Source: Octopus bimaculoides (taxonomy: Eukaryota). From it: DNA of 64,000 bases. The notes under the pieces were generated by a model, which was given only the letters and a program-made list of their open reading frames with translations, made no database searches and was not told the origin of the DNA. The stretch is taken from positions 150,612,721 through 150,676,720 of the forward strand of contig NC_068981.1 in NCBI RefSeq assembly GCF_001194135.2. Reading direction: 5' to 3'. Position numbers and translations under genes: made by a program. Every line of letters begins with the position of its first letter. The first letter of the stretch is position 1. Shown here one piece after another: positions 24,173 to 36,830 of this stretch.

Positions 24173-25655
24173 CATCAACATCATCATTTAACGTCCGTTT
24201 TTCATGCTGGCATGGGTTGGACATTTTGACTGAGGTCTGGAGAGCCAGCGGCTGCACCAAACTCCAATCTGATCTGGCAATGTTTCTCATGTCCAACTTT
24301 TCTCTCAGCATGCTTACACTCTGTCATGTATGCACACTGACATTACACAACCAGCAGATCATACTAGCTTCATTTCTTTCAAACCTACGCATGTCCTCAG
24401 CAGTCATGGCTAATGTTTCACTGCCGTGTAGCATGGCAGTTCGCAAATATGCATCATGTAGTGTATCTTTCATCCTGAGCGAGAGGCCCTAACTTGCCAG
24501 AAGAGGTAGGAGCTCCCTGAACTTTGCCCAGGATATTCTTAATCTAGCTGCTAGAGTCTTAGAGCAACCATCTCCACTACAGACTTGGTCGCCTAGGTAG
24601 CAGAAGCTATTAACTACATCTAGTTTTTCCCCCTAGCATGTGATGGAATCTGCTTTCTGTACATCTTCAGTGTTTATTGCCCCTGTGCATCTACCACACA
24701 CAAAAGCTATCTTCTCGGTTAACCTTCTTTGATATTGCTGCACCTTTTATGTGTCCATAGTTTACACTGGGTACACTATATGGAGTTTCTACCCATGCCT
24801 TTTCTACAGATCGAGTAGGGCATCTACCTAAAAGGATTTGTGATTTGACTGCCTTCTTACTTACTAAGACTTTGGTTTTTGTTAGGTTAACTCTAAGGCC
24901 CTTCGATTTTAGACCTTGCTTCCACACCCTAAACTTCGTCTCTAGTTCTGGCAGTAACTCAACTATTAGAGCAAGGTCATAGAGGAGCTCCCAGGGGCAG
25001 CCTGTCCTGAATTCCTCTGTTATTGCCTGGAGAACTATAATGAATAAGAGGGGGCTGAGTACTGATCCTTGGTGAACCCCTACTTCTACTCAAAATTCCT
25101 CACTATACTCATTGCCAGCTCTTACCTTACTGACAGCATCCCTGTACAGGGCTTGTACAGCTTTTACCAACCACTTGTCTATTCCCTATTTCCACATTGA
25201 CCACCAGATAAGGGATCGGGGGACTCTATCAAAGGCTTTCTCCAAGTCAATGAAAGCCAAGTACAGAGGTTTATCTTTGGTGAGATATTTCTCCTGCAGT
25301 TGCCTTACCAGAAATATAGCATCAGTGGGGCTTCTGCCTGGCACAAAACCAAACTGCATCTCATCTAGGCTAACTCTCTCCCTAATTAGTTGGGCTATGA
25401 CCCTTTCTGTAACTTTCATCACCTGATCCAATAATCTGATACCCCTGTAGTTATTTCTACCTAAAGCGTCACCTTTACCTTTGTAGCAGTTGACTATGGT
25501 GCTGCTACACCAGTCATTGGGTATGACTCCTTCATGAACTACCTGATTTATGATGCAGGTGACCTGACCATAACCCACACCGACCGATATTTTAAGCATC
25601 TCAACAGCGATTCCTGATGTGCCAGGTGCTTTCCCTGTCTTCACATCCTTAATTA
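24173..25655 (-). mobile_element. RTE-clade LINE remnant with RT domain
   Basis: ORF 25186-25644: KTGKAPGTSGI...YKGKGDA...NYRGIRLL...QFGFVPGRSPTDAIF...LAFIDLEKAFDRVPR; downstream HQGSVLSPLLFI; tail fused after an internal deletion. Confidence 0.92.
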
Positions 25656-25880
25656 CTGAAAAAAATATCTGAAAACTTTAGAAATACCCTACAATCTAGG
25701 TGTATTGCAAAAGTCGGCATTACTTGGAACTGCACACATATTGTATAAAGTACTGTCTGTCTGAGGTCCTTGTTGTGACTTGACAAACAGTACAAATCCC
25801 CGGAAGACACAATATCTTCAATCAACAACCTCACGATATTGTATACAGTGCAATGTCTATAATAATAATAATGATATGAT
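25656..25880 (+). mobile_element. R4/Dong-like LINE 3' end with (AAT)n tail
   Basis: LEIPYNLGVLQKSALLGTAHILYKVLSV* matches the QKSALLGTAHILR C-terminal motif of this clade. Confidence 0.7.
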
Positions 25881-25887
25881 GATGATG

Positions 25888-25919
<32 letters not shown>

Positions 25920-26569
25920 CATGCATACTGGCAGAGAAAGTTTTCAGGCTAGATGCTCTACCTAATGTAAACAACACAATTATAACAAGCCAAGAAGAGA
26001 GCTTTTACATGGTCTCTGTCTTAACCTTCTGAAACTAACAACAAAACCTTCTTTAAATCACATTCTACCATCTAAAAATGAAAAAAAAAAAAATAAGACA
26101 GGACTGTCAAAGCTGGGAAGTCTTCAACCATAGACCTATTTAACAAGGCTACACAAAACAGCTCAACCATAAAATAACTGTATAATAACTATAATAAATC
26201 AGACAGATTGAGGTTTACAACATTATGTACCTTGCTTAAGGACATAACACAATAGCTGCAGTATGGGTTGAAATAATGTCTACCAGTTGTGTATCACCTG
26301 AACTTTGGTTCAATTGTCCTTTATATATTCTGTTAAAATTATAGTTAATACTGCACAACCAAAATAAAATAGAAGCATTATTATACTTTTTAATAGTTAC
26401 TAAGAAACCATATGGAAAAATAAATAAAAACATATACAGAAACAAAACTTCTCTGTTAATAGCTCCAATCAGCATTTAAAACAAAGTACTTTCTAGTTGC
26501 AAATGAACACTCAATAAGGATATATATCACCTGTTAGTAAGCATAATCAAAACCATTGAAAAGAATCAG

Positions 26570-26736
26570 GATTAAGTGCAAGCATGGCTATGTGTTTAAA
26601 AAGATTGCCTCCCAAGCATGGGGCCTTGGGTTCAATCCTGCTGCATGGAATACTGGGCAAGTGTCTTCTACTATAGCCCTGAACCAACCAAAGCTGTGTG
26701 AGTAGATTAGGTAAACAGAAACTGAAAGCCCATTGT

Positions 26737-26833
<97 letters not shown>

Positions 26834-26835
26834 TA
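26570..26835 (+). mobile_element. SINE family A 5' half ending in a long (GT)n
   Basis: GGGCAAGTGTCTTCTACTATAGCC...AAACTGAAAGCCC then (GT)n at about 26739-26831. Confidence 0.7.
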
Positions 26836-27725
26836 TCTTTATATGTCATGGTTGTAAAGGAACAACATCTTCATAACAAATGATATTTGTTTCCAGTTGT
26901 CCAAGTAAAACTTGACTGGCTGTGAGGAAATATTACCTTCATTGGAAACAGGTAAGGGGTGATAACAGGAAGCCTTAACAAAATCCATCTGACTCATGCA
27001 AGCAGAGAAAAGTGAGTATTAAATTATGATGATGGTGATGACGGGGATGATGATGATGATGTGATAACGAAGATGACGATAATAATGATGACAATGATAA
27101 TGATGATGACGATGATGGATATGAAGTATAAACTGAAAAATGTAAAGTAACTTCTGGAAATATTAGTCTATAAATAAACCAACTATCTTCAATTTCTCAT
27201 CTGGAAAAATTATTACTTTTCTGTCAAAAGTTTACAACAGAGTTCTCATTGATTGACGAAAATCAATATATATATTTACCAATCAAAATATATTTGAGTG
27301 AGCAATATAATTTCTGTTGTGCATCATTTTATCCATTTGTTCATCTTTTTATTTTGATATTGATTAACCTTATGGCACATCGTTGCTGTGATCAATCACA
27401 GAAGATCAAAGCAAATTGACTTTGACTTTGATCTCATATGACTTTATAAATAACATAAATTAACTAGAAAATCTGAGATGACTTTGTCACTGCATTTCTG
27501 ATTATTAGAGTGACAAAGAACTGACTAACTTGATGCAGAACAAATATCTCAAGGGAGCTGATTTATAAAATCCTACCTTCTCTTTTTCATCCTGATGCTT
27601 ATGTCTTTAACCAAATCTACTCATGCATGCATGCATTCATTCATTCATTCATGCATGCATGCATGCATGCATGCATACATACATACATACATACATATAT
27701 ATATGTGTGTATGTATGTATATATA

Positions 27726-27935
27726 TATGAGAGAGTGCTGAAAAATTTCTGGCTTTAAGGGTAGGGTAAAAGGCTTAATTGGAGGCCCAATTTCCCAAGT
27801 TCTTTTATAGGGCTTAGAAAAACTGAAGGACCACTGCAATAGGTGTGTGAATCTCAGAGGGGAATATGTTGAATAAAATCACAATTAACTGATCTTCCTG
27901 TATTTTTTGTTGACCAAAGCAGGAACTTTTCAGCA
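27726..27935 (+). mobile_element. Mariner-derived MITE
   Basis: TIR-like ends TGCTGAAAAATTTCTGGCTTT and AAAGCAGGAACTTTTCAGCA within TA context. Confidence 0.75.
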
Positions 27936-28434
27936 TATATACATATATACATGCACACACACACACACACACACACATACATCTACACAGACACACCCAC
28001 ACACACATAATCTACTGAAATTATCTCTGCCTCCAGAGGTTGAGTCAGAATAATCAAATGGCAGATATAAATGTATTTGTCTATGTGATTCAAATACATG
28101 CTACTGTCCATCCTGAATTATTTCTTGAAGCTCATCATCATTCACTGGCCATTTTCCATGCTGGCATGGGTTAGATGGTCTGACAAGAGCTGGCAAGATG
28201 GAGGGCTGTACCAGGTTCCACTCATCTGTCTTGGCATGGTTTCTGCAGGTAGATGCCTTCCTTAATGCCTACCACTTTACAGTGTACTAGCTGTTTATTA
28301 CATGATATATACATGCACACACACACACACACATCATTACTAATCCAAACAAGTAGTAGTATAAAAGAAATAAATAAGGTTGGAAATGTACAGAAATATA
28401 TAAGGACATTTTCAAATTTTAAAAGATACATGTA

Positions 28435-28483
<49 letters not shown>

Positions 28484-31402
28484 GAATGCACATAGCTGAG
28501 TGGTTAGGTTGTTGCACTAATAATCACTAGAACAAGAGTTCAAGTCCCAGACCAGGGTACATGTTGTGTTCTTAAGCAAAACTCTTCATTTTGCATAGCT
28601 CTGCAGGTGGGCAAGCGGCAGAATCACTGACATATCAGCAGAGATGCTTTACATCATAGCTTCCAGCTCACTACAAGCTGAGTTCAAATCCCACCTGCCT
28701 GGAGAAGGCAACAGAGCACCACTCCAGTCATATTTTTGTTCAGATTTTCTTTCACTTGATTACAGAAGGAAAAATTGCTAGAGTGTTAGAGTAACTGTTT
28801 TTATAATTGGATGCCCTTTCTATGAGTAAGTGCACTTCTGTGATGCAGCAGTTATACCTGTTCCTGGAAAAGTTATAAAATCTAATTAAAAAGTCTTACC
28901 ATATTACTAGTATTAGGAAACATGTTATTAAAACTGACATAACATGTTTTGTAATGCAAAACAAAGTATTGTTGAAATTCTCATGATGCTCTTTATATTT
29001 GATACAATTTATTTTTTTCACATAAATTCTTTCAAACTATACTCCCTCACTTGAGTATAGCCTAGGCTAAACTTATTTCTATTAGCATGCCAAATACATA
29101 CAAATGGACATTATAAAAACCAGCTAATTGTCTTATACTGAACTATAAAATAGTCAAACTCCAAGTAATTATTGTCAAAATGAAGAGATAAGATGATGAA
29201 ATATTAGTGACATCAGCTATCAATTGAAACAGTAATAAGATATCATAGAAAAAATACTTTTTAAAATATTCCTTCTGAAATTCTGCTTAAGAAAGTTAAG
29301 TGTCTTCATGCTTAGAAGATAACAGGACCTAATATTGATGAATTATAAAACATGGCTCATCCCTTCCTTTATTTATATTTGGATATTTTTATTCGAATAT
29401 TCAATAACAATTTTATTTGTTTTGAATCTCATAAATATGATTCTGCATTTTGTAATGTACAGACAGCAGAAGCCTTTGTCTCCAAAGGGTTAAGTAAATA
29501 ATAGCTTATAGATTACAAGTAAATAACAGTTTGCTGGAAAGATACGGTAAAAGGATTTCTAAGTGCAAGAACCATAATGTTAATAACAAACTAAAGTCAA
29601 TTAAGAGAGGGAGAAACAAGCATCAGAAATGTGCAATGAATGAGATTAATTCTAACTGAACAAACCAAATAAACATACATTTACTGTATACTCTAGCAGA
29701 ATAAATAGAATTAATTGCTCAGCTATCTGTAATTAGAGGTATCCAGAAATCAGTATTCAACCTCATTGATTTTAGGGGATGGCTGTGAGTTGCAATGTCA
29801 GCAGAATAAGAAAAACTGCAACAACCAGGAATAAAACATAGCTTGCCTCATCATTCATGGGGAGGTTATTACATAAACAATAGACCTTACTTCAATGCTC
29901 AATATTAAACTCAAAATTATACAAGCACACACACATGCACTGTATATATAACACACTTATCTGCAGTGAAATTTGTACTTTTAGCATATATTATTGTCTT
30001 CTCGAAATTGGTAATCTGCTGCCTTGTACATCATATAACATTCCAAGAGTTACAGCATCAGTCCAAGCTAAAATGCTCACTGCCTAAATGGTCAAGAGAT
30101 TCAAGACTCTCTGTACAATAAATGAATACTTTATTATATTGCAATACAGAATACAAATCACAAATTAGCAAAGGAAAACTCCAGTCACTGTTTGTCTATG
30201 TTTGAATCACTGCCAGAGTCTTCTGTGATGACCCAATGACCTAAAATATTACACAATTCATTAAAAATAATCATTGCTACTGTCATTAAAGATCAATCAT
30301 TCACAGATCTCTGGTACCCCTTGATAATGCACAATTCAAATTTATAGAGTATTAAGAAGATGACAGACAAATATCCCAAGATAATAAGGAATATAGTTTA
30401 TTATCAAGAAGAAAGTACTTTCCATGAGAAATGCTTAATTCATTACTACAAATTAAAAAGGGTAAAGACTCCCTACAGTCATGAATGACCGTGAGATTGC
30501 ACCTAGAAGGTTACACTCCAAGGCACAAGTCCTGGTAAGGGTATTTATGGAAGACCGGCCTCCCCTCTCCAAGGGAAAGGCAAAGGCCAATACAGCTTGG
30601 CACCAGGGACATTGCAACTCATTTCTACTGCTGAGTTAACTGGAACGTGAAATAAAGTGTCTTGCTCAAGAACACAACACACAGCCTGGTCTGGGAATTG
30701 AATTTACTATCTCATGATTGTGAGTCCGATGCTCTAACCACTGAGCTAGGCAATGACACAGTTATTACTTTCACAGTTGAGCTATTTGTTAAAGTGGTGA
30801 TTTACATGGTATATTATGGTACCTGCTTACATCTAGATAGACTGATGCATTGACAAAGACCAGCAATAATGAGAGAAATATGAACTGCCAATCCTCAGCT
30901 GACTGCATTACATTGTATAAACTTAGAAATCCATGGCTTTTTAATGCCACTATGCTGCTGCTACTACTACTACTGCAACAAGTACCAACAATGTATTTAA
31001 TAGTACAAGTTTAATCATTTCTTATAAGTGGGAGTAATATTAACATGTTTGCAGAAATGAAGCTGGCATCAGGTATGCATGATGTGAAGAACAACCCATC
31101 ATCCAGAGGCAATGTATTGCACCAATACGAAATAATTCAGAAGTGAAAATATTTGTGACAGAAGATTTAATGAGTGAATCCTGAATTCCTATGAAATTAC
31201 ACCTTCAATATGTATTACAATATCAGTATCATCCAACATTGCTGAAGGGAAGAAGTAGGACATCGGTAATTAGGAATTCATATATATTAAAGAGCTACAA
31301 TTAAATTCTATAACTGAACAAAAAGAATCCTAGAATAATTACTTTTCAAAGAAGAAATACCGATGTGGAATTCTTACACAGATAGGTATCAGATTTATTT
31401 AT

Positions 31403-31720
31403 TGTGCATAGCTTAGTGGTTAGGGTATTCAGCTCATGATTGTAAGGTCGAGAGTTCAATTTCCAGCAACATGTTGTGTCCTACAGCAAGATATTTTATT
31501 TCATGTTGCTTCAGTCCACTCAACTGGCAAAAATGAGTAGTACCTGTATTTCAAAGGGCCAGCCTTGTAACATTCTGTGTTACACTGAATATCCCTGACA
31601 ACTATGTTAAGGGTACACATGTCTGTGGAGTGGTAAGCAACTTGCATGTTAATCTCACAAATGAGCTGTTCCAGTGATCAGATCGACTGAAATCCTCATC
31701 GTAAGTAACAGAATGCCAGT
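31403..31720 (+). mobile_element. tRNA-derived SINE family C
   Basis: GCATAGCTTAGTGGTTAGGG A-box, GAGTTCAATT B-box; matches 2060-2385 in reverse. Confidence 0.7.
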
Positions 31721-32469
31721 TATTTATTGCAAATGGTATGTAGACTCTGCAAGATGTTTAACATTTTCCAAAAGATATTAGTGACGTTGAGCAAAGGGAA
31801 ATAGATACAACAGAAAACAGAAGTATTAACTTTCATTTACTAGAAACTTACTTAATGAAGTTAATGAACCTTACATTAGTCATAATGAAGTAGATTTCTT
31901 TTTATGGAAAATATTCCAACCATCATTAACCCACTTTTTTTCCATTTAGGCATCAGACTATATTATCCAAAATGTTCTTTTTTAAAGACAAGAGTATAAT
32001 TTGAGAGAGATTTGGTTGTCATTTCTAAAAGGTCTTGCAACCTTGGTTCATAACTCAATAATTGTTGTTGTTTACTCCAAGGTTAGCCATGACTGATTAG
32101 ATCTATGATCAAAAGCTTTCTAGTCATGGCTCTTTGTGTTCTGAATTCACATCCTGCCTAGTTCAAATTAGCTCCTCATCACTATAGTACTTAACCAGAG
32201 TAGTGGAGTAGCAGAACTGTTAGAAGACTGGGCGATTTGACTGGCAGTAAACTGTTATAGTTTTTTAACTCAGATAGCAAAATCTGTGATGATTCTGGAA
32301 CCGTTCTGTATCAGTCCAGTTGGCACCTTTTCTATTAAAGAAATATCAGTGGCATTAAAAGGAGAGACTTGTAGAATGGACAAATGGTAGTCTTCCTCAA
32401 AAAAAAGTTTTACCTAGGCCTGCACAAATATATGCAGATACATGGTCAATGCAGACTGATGATGTCACA

Positions 32470-32513
<44 letters not shown>

Positions 32514-32832
32514 AAGAGAAAGGAGGAAGAGAGAATGGAAAGAACTGAAGAAAATGAGAGAGAAACAAAGAAAAGTACAAATTACATATCTACAAAATCA
32601 ATAATATCTCAAAAGGAATTCAATTGATAAGCTAATAAAAATGAAGTGAAGGAAGATCTATCAGAAGGAAATAATGACCTTGAATTAGACAACCTGACAA
32701 GGTCATACTTTCTATGGTTCATGCCAAATTAGAAGGAAAAGAAAGAATATAAAATAAAATCATTAAAATGATGATGATGACGGTGATGATGATGATGACA
32801 ATGATGCTGATCATGATCGTGATGACGATGAT

Positions 32833-32910
32833 GGTGGTGGTGGTTGTGTGGTGGTGGTGGTTGTGTGGTGGTGGTGGTTGTGTGGTGGTGGTGGTTGTGT
32901 GGTGGTGGTG
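32833..32910 (+). repeat. 17-nt minisatellite (GGTGGTGGTGGTTGTGT) x4 plus partial, inside a GAT/GGT tract
   Basis: Read directly from the sequence. Confidence 0.9.
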
Positions 32911-34173
32911 ATGATGATGATAATAGTATACCAAATGTTATTGTTTGCATAAAACAAGTAACGTAAATGTGTCCCCAAATGTTTAAGTCAAATTATGAAA
33001 TAATTTTAACAAAAAAACAGAAAATATGTCAACTGAAGTGGAAATCCTCATTGACGCTAGACTTGCTTTATCAAACCAAAGAGTTTTACATGCAACTAAG
33101 TAATATTAACATAACATAAGCAATAAATACATAAAGTATGAGCCAAAGTGCAAGTAAACAACTAATAATAATTATCACAAATTAGTGGGAGAAAAAAAAA
33201 AAATGATTGCAAAGGACCGAGTCTATTTTAAGTGAGAACTGGCCATTTTTATATGGAAATACTGTGAAGTATTTTGGACAAGATGAAAAAGGAGCGAAAC
33301 CACACAGCAGTGAATTTTAAATAAGTGTGCGAATTGATGAATTATATAAAACTTGCTATTTTGATAATCTAATCAACTACATCATTGTGAACTAAAACAT
33401 AATGTTACACTTTTGTTTGAATTTAATTTTCTTCTTCCATTATTTTTTTTTTTTTACTAATTTTAATAAATCATCAAAAATATTTTTTTTTAATAATAAT
33501 TGAAAATTTTGAAATACTCAAGAAACCCTACAGATGTCATTGATTAAACTTTGTTTCCGAGGCTGGTGTTTTAATTATTGAACATAATTTCAGTTTTAAT
33601 AGTATGTTAGAGGAAATATCATGCATACATTTGGCAGCTATATTTTTCAATTTCTGAGGAGACGATGAAAAAAGAATGAGGCTGCCATTATGATAAAGCT
33701 GAAGGAAAAGACATTAAAATATTTCAATGTAACATTAAATATTTGCTTCAAATTAGATAAAATAGACATTTGCATGCCTTGTGAGTTCCAATTAATGAAA
33801 ATAGCAATGCAGATTACAGAATTAAAACTGCTTTGAATTTCAGCAGTAATTTATTATTTTTGTCGTCTGATTGACTAGACTTTAGCAAAAGTGTCAGCAA
33901 ATGTATATTTTATATTTATTAATATATTATGTTTTCATGGTTAGTTTACAAATTTATCACAGCTGACATTTGCTTTAGATAATAAAACATTAATAGAAAC
34001 AAACATAGCAACTTCAGTTAGGAAAATAAAGATAGCCATTTTGTGCATATATGTATGCATATGATGTGTAATAGTTGTGCATAATAGACTTACTTGAGAG
34101 GTGAGGTTAGTGAAATACATTTTCTATCAAAATATGCACAGGTTACACAATAAATTGTTTGTTGTCAACTCAC

Positions 34174-34233
34174 CCCAGATGGCCAAATGGCGCTGTGAAC
34201 ACAACCTCGGTTGCAATAGCTCAATGACTCCGT
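34174..34233 (-). CDS. Candidate 60-nt internal exon (TESLSYCNRGCVHSAIWPSG in phase 0, or DGVIELLQPRLCSQRHLAIWG in phase 1)
   Basis: Acceptor acttttgtag, donor GGG|gtgagt, GC/CpG-rich island in unique AT-rich DNA, length 3n. Confidence 0.4.
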
Positions 34234-34419
34234 CTACAAAAGTTGGACGCACTAGGTATAAAAATGTGCTGGTAAATACATACTGAAGATGACACCACGA
34301 AAACAGACCAATTTTACAGAATACATAGGAGAGAAAGTGTGATATAAATGCAACTGGCACAGCAAGCAACAAAATGAACATGAGAAGATAATGGTATTAC
34401 ACTGCACCAAAACATATAA

Positions 34420-34456
<37 letters not shown>

Positions 34457-36787
34457 TATATATATTATATATATATATAAGCATGCTAATCAAATATATA
34501 CTATTTGCAATTATACACAAGACAGAACATGAAGAAACTAGCAAACACTGATAATATAATTTTGAAATTATTGCAACTGTACAAAAACCAAAAAAAGCAG
34601 ATACACACTCTGAAGCAAAGAATTGATACCAACTACATAATATCAACATATGACCCATGCAAGTATCAAACTGAATGATTAATCTGGATCAATGGTCAAG
34701 CAAAATTCACTCAAATGAACAGCTGAATTGTTATGAAGCAAAATCTATACAACTACTAAATCATATTACTACATTTATGTTAGCTATTAGGTAGAATTAG
34801 TAATGAAGCAGAGGAAATAGGTTCAATTTAGTAAATAGTTACAATCTTACTCCTATTTTACATTACACAACAGGTCCGGTAACAATGTATATAATAAAAG
34901 ATTGAATCAATAACTACAGGACATAGGAATACTATTCACTTAATGCTAAGCATTATTTGTAATAATGTTATAAGCAAGATTGAACATGCTACAATTAGTA
35001 ATCATATAGTTTTAATTAATTATCAGTATGCTTAAGTGTTGGTAAGGTATTTGGTTCACTAGCTGATGAATCAAAAGTTTGTATTCACTGCAAACAATTT
35101 TCTCAGTGCAGATCACATCCTCATGCCTCAATCACTCACAATAATGAATTTAGATATTTAATCTTCATATAATATTGTCTATAGTAAACTGACTGCGTGA
35201 GATTGCAAAGCTAATCTTGTTTCTTATGAGTTTCTGTGATTTGAGGAGACTGGAATATTATTGTGCCTTTGGTAGAATGGTTACTTCACTTTTTTTCCAT
35301 GTCACAAATGAATTGGATAGTAGATGCACTATTTTATTCACTTTCCTTTTGATTGTTCTCAAAAGTCCATAAAAGACGACCGTATGACCTTATAGCATAC
35401 GAACAGACATTTTGAAAGTATCTTGCATGTCAGAAAATATTGAGAATATAATAAGATGAAATTAAAGGAGGATACAAATAATCACATGAAAACATTATTG
35501 GTTTACTTATCAACGAATGGCAAATGAGAGGCAATAAAAGGTATGCTGAACATTATAATGTAAACATTATAAATGTAATATTATAAATGTAATATTTGTG
35601 CAAGTAAATCTCTGAGTGAGCTGAATCCAAGATAGGATCCAAGTCCTTAATAAGCCATTTCACTTAATGTGCACCTGACACCTATAATTTTCAATTTATG
35701 GTTAGTGGAGTTAGAGAGGCCCAGTTAAGATGACTTGCTCTTGGCATACTACATGCATTTTACATTCAGTGATTTAATGAGCCAAAAACAGTTACCGGAC
35801 AATTTCTGTTCATACTAAATGAGAACTTAGAACAATACAAATAAATGAAGAAAATACAGTGAGAGAAAAGTGAGAATGGAACTCATACACTCAAGTAAAC
35901 ATTCAGTCATATAATCACACTATTAAGCATTAGATTTGTTCCATCCATCATGAAAAAATATATTCCTTTCATGCTGCATATTAAGTTAGTTGACATTATA
36001 TAAATTTCCTTAAAAACTTCTAAGTTGAAATAATTCTTTAGTTTTACTTATGAAATTGCAAACAATTATTTTGTAAGAATGAAGCTTAAATGGTATACTA
36101 TAAGGTAATAATTAAAACTAACATCCAGAAAAGGAACAGTGTTATAAAAGTAATAAGCTTGTATGTTAACTAGGTGGTTTCTATATTCATTTTGATCTGA
36201 CAACTTTCATAAGTCTTCCTTTCTAGCATTATTGTTTACAAAAGATGTATGAAAAAGACATGTGATAAAACAGAGGGATATATTAACAAATTGAAAAATG
36301 AGGAGAGAAATGATGAAAGTTGAAGACAAATGACATAAACAGCTATAAAGAAAAACAAAGGAACTACCATTAAAGAACAGACAGGTTACTGACTAAAATC
36401 TTGATTACAAGGTAGAATCTTACCTCCCATAACTGCCCAATCTTCCTAACTAATTAACAAGTGATATACAACATCATTAAAATCTCATTCATGCATGTGT
36501 TATAATTAAACCCAGTTTTCAAATCATTTCAGTGTTAAATCTGCAATGAACCAGGCAATATCTAACATCTGGAGCAATATTCTCCTATGGAGAACAAGCT
36601 TTTAATTATTTTAATTTTCATTCTAATGTTATCAGTATAAGTTTGCAATATGTGTAAGCTTCCCTTCCTTACAAATTACACATGCTATCTGTTCAATCTC
36701 TATAGTTATCCCACTTCAGATGATGTAAGATTAGAGTGAGGAAGAAGAAGAAAAAGATAACAAGACAAACTGACAACATGATGTGAA

Positions 36788-36830
<43 letters not shown>

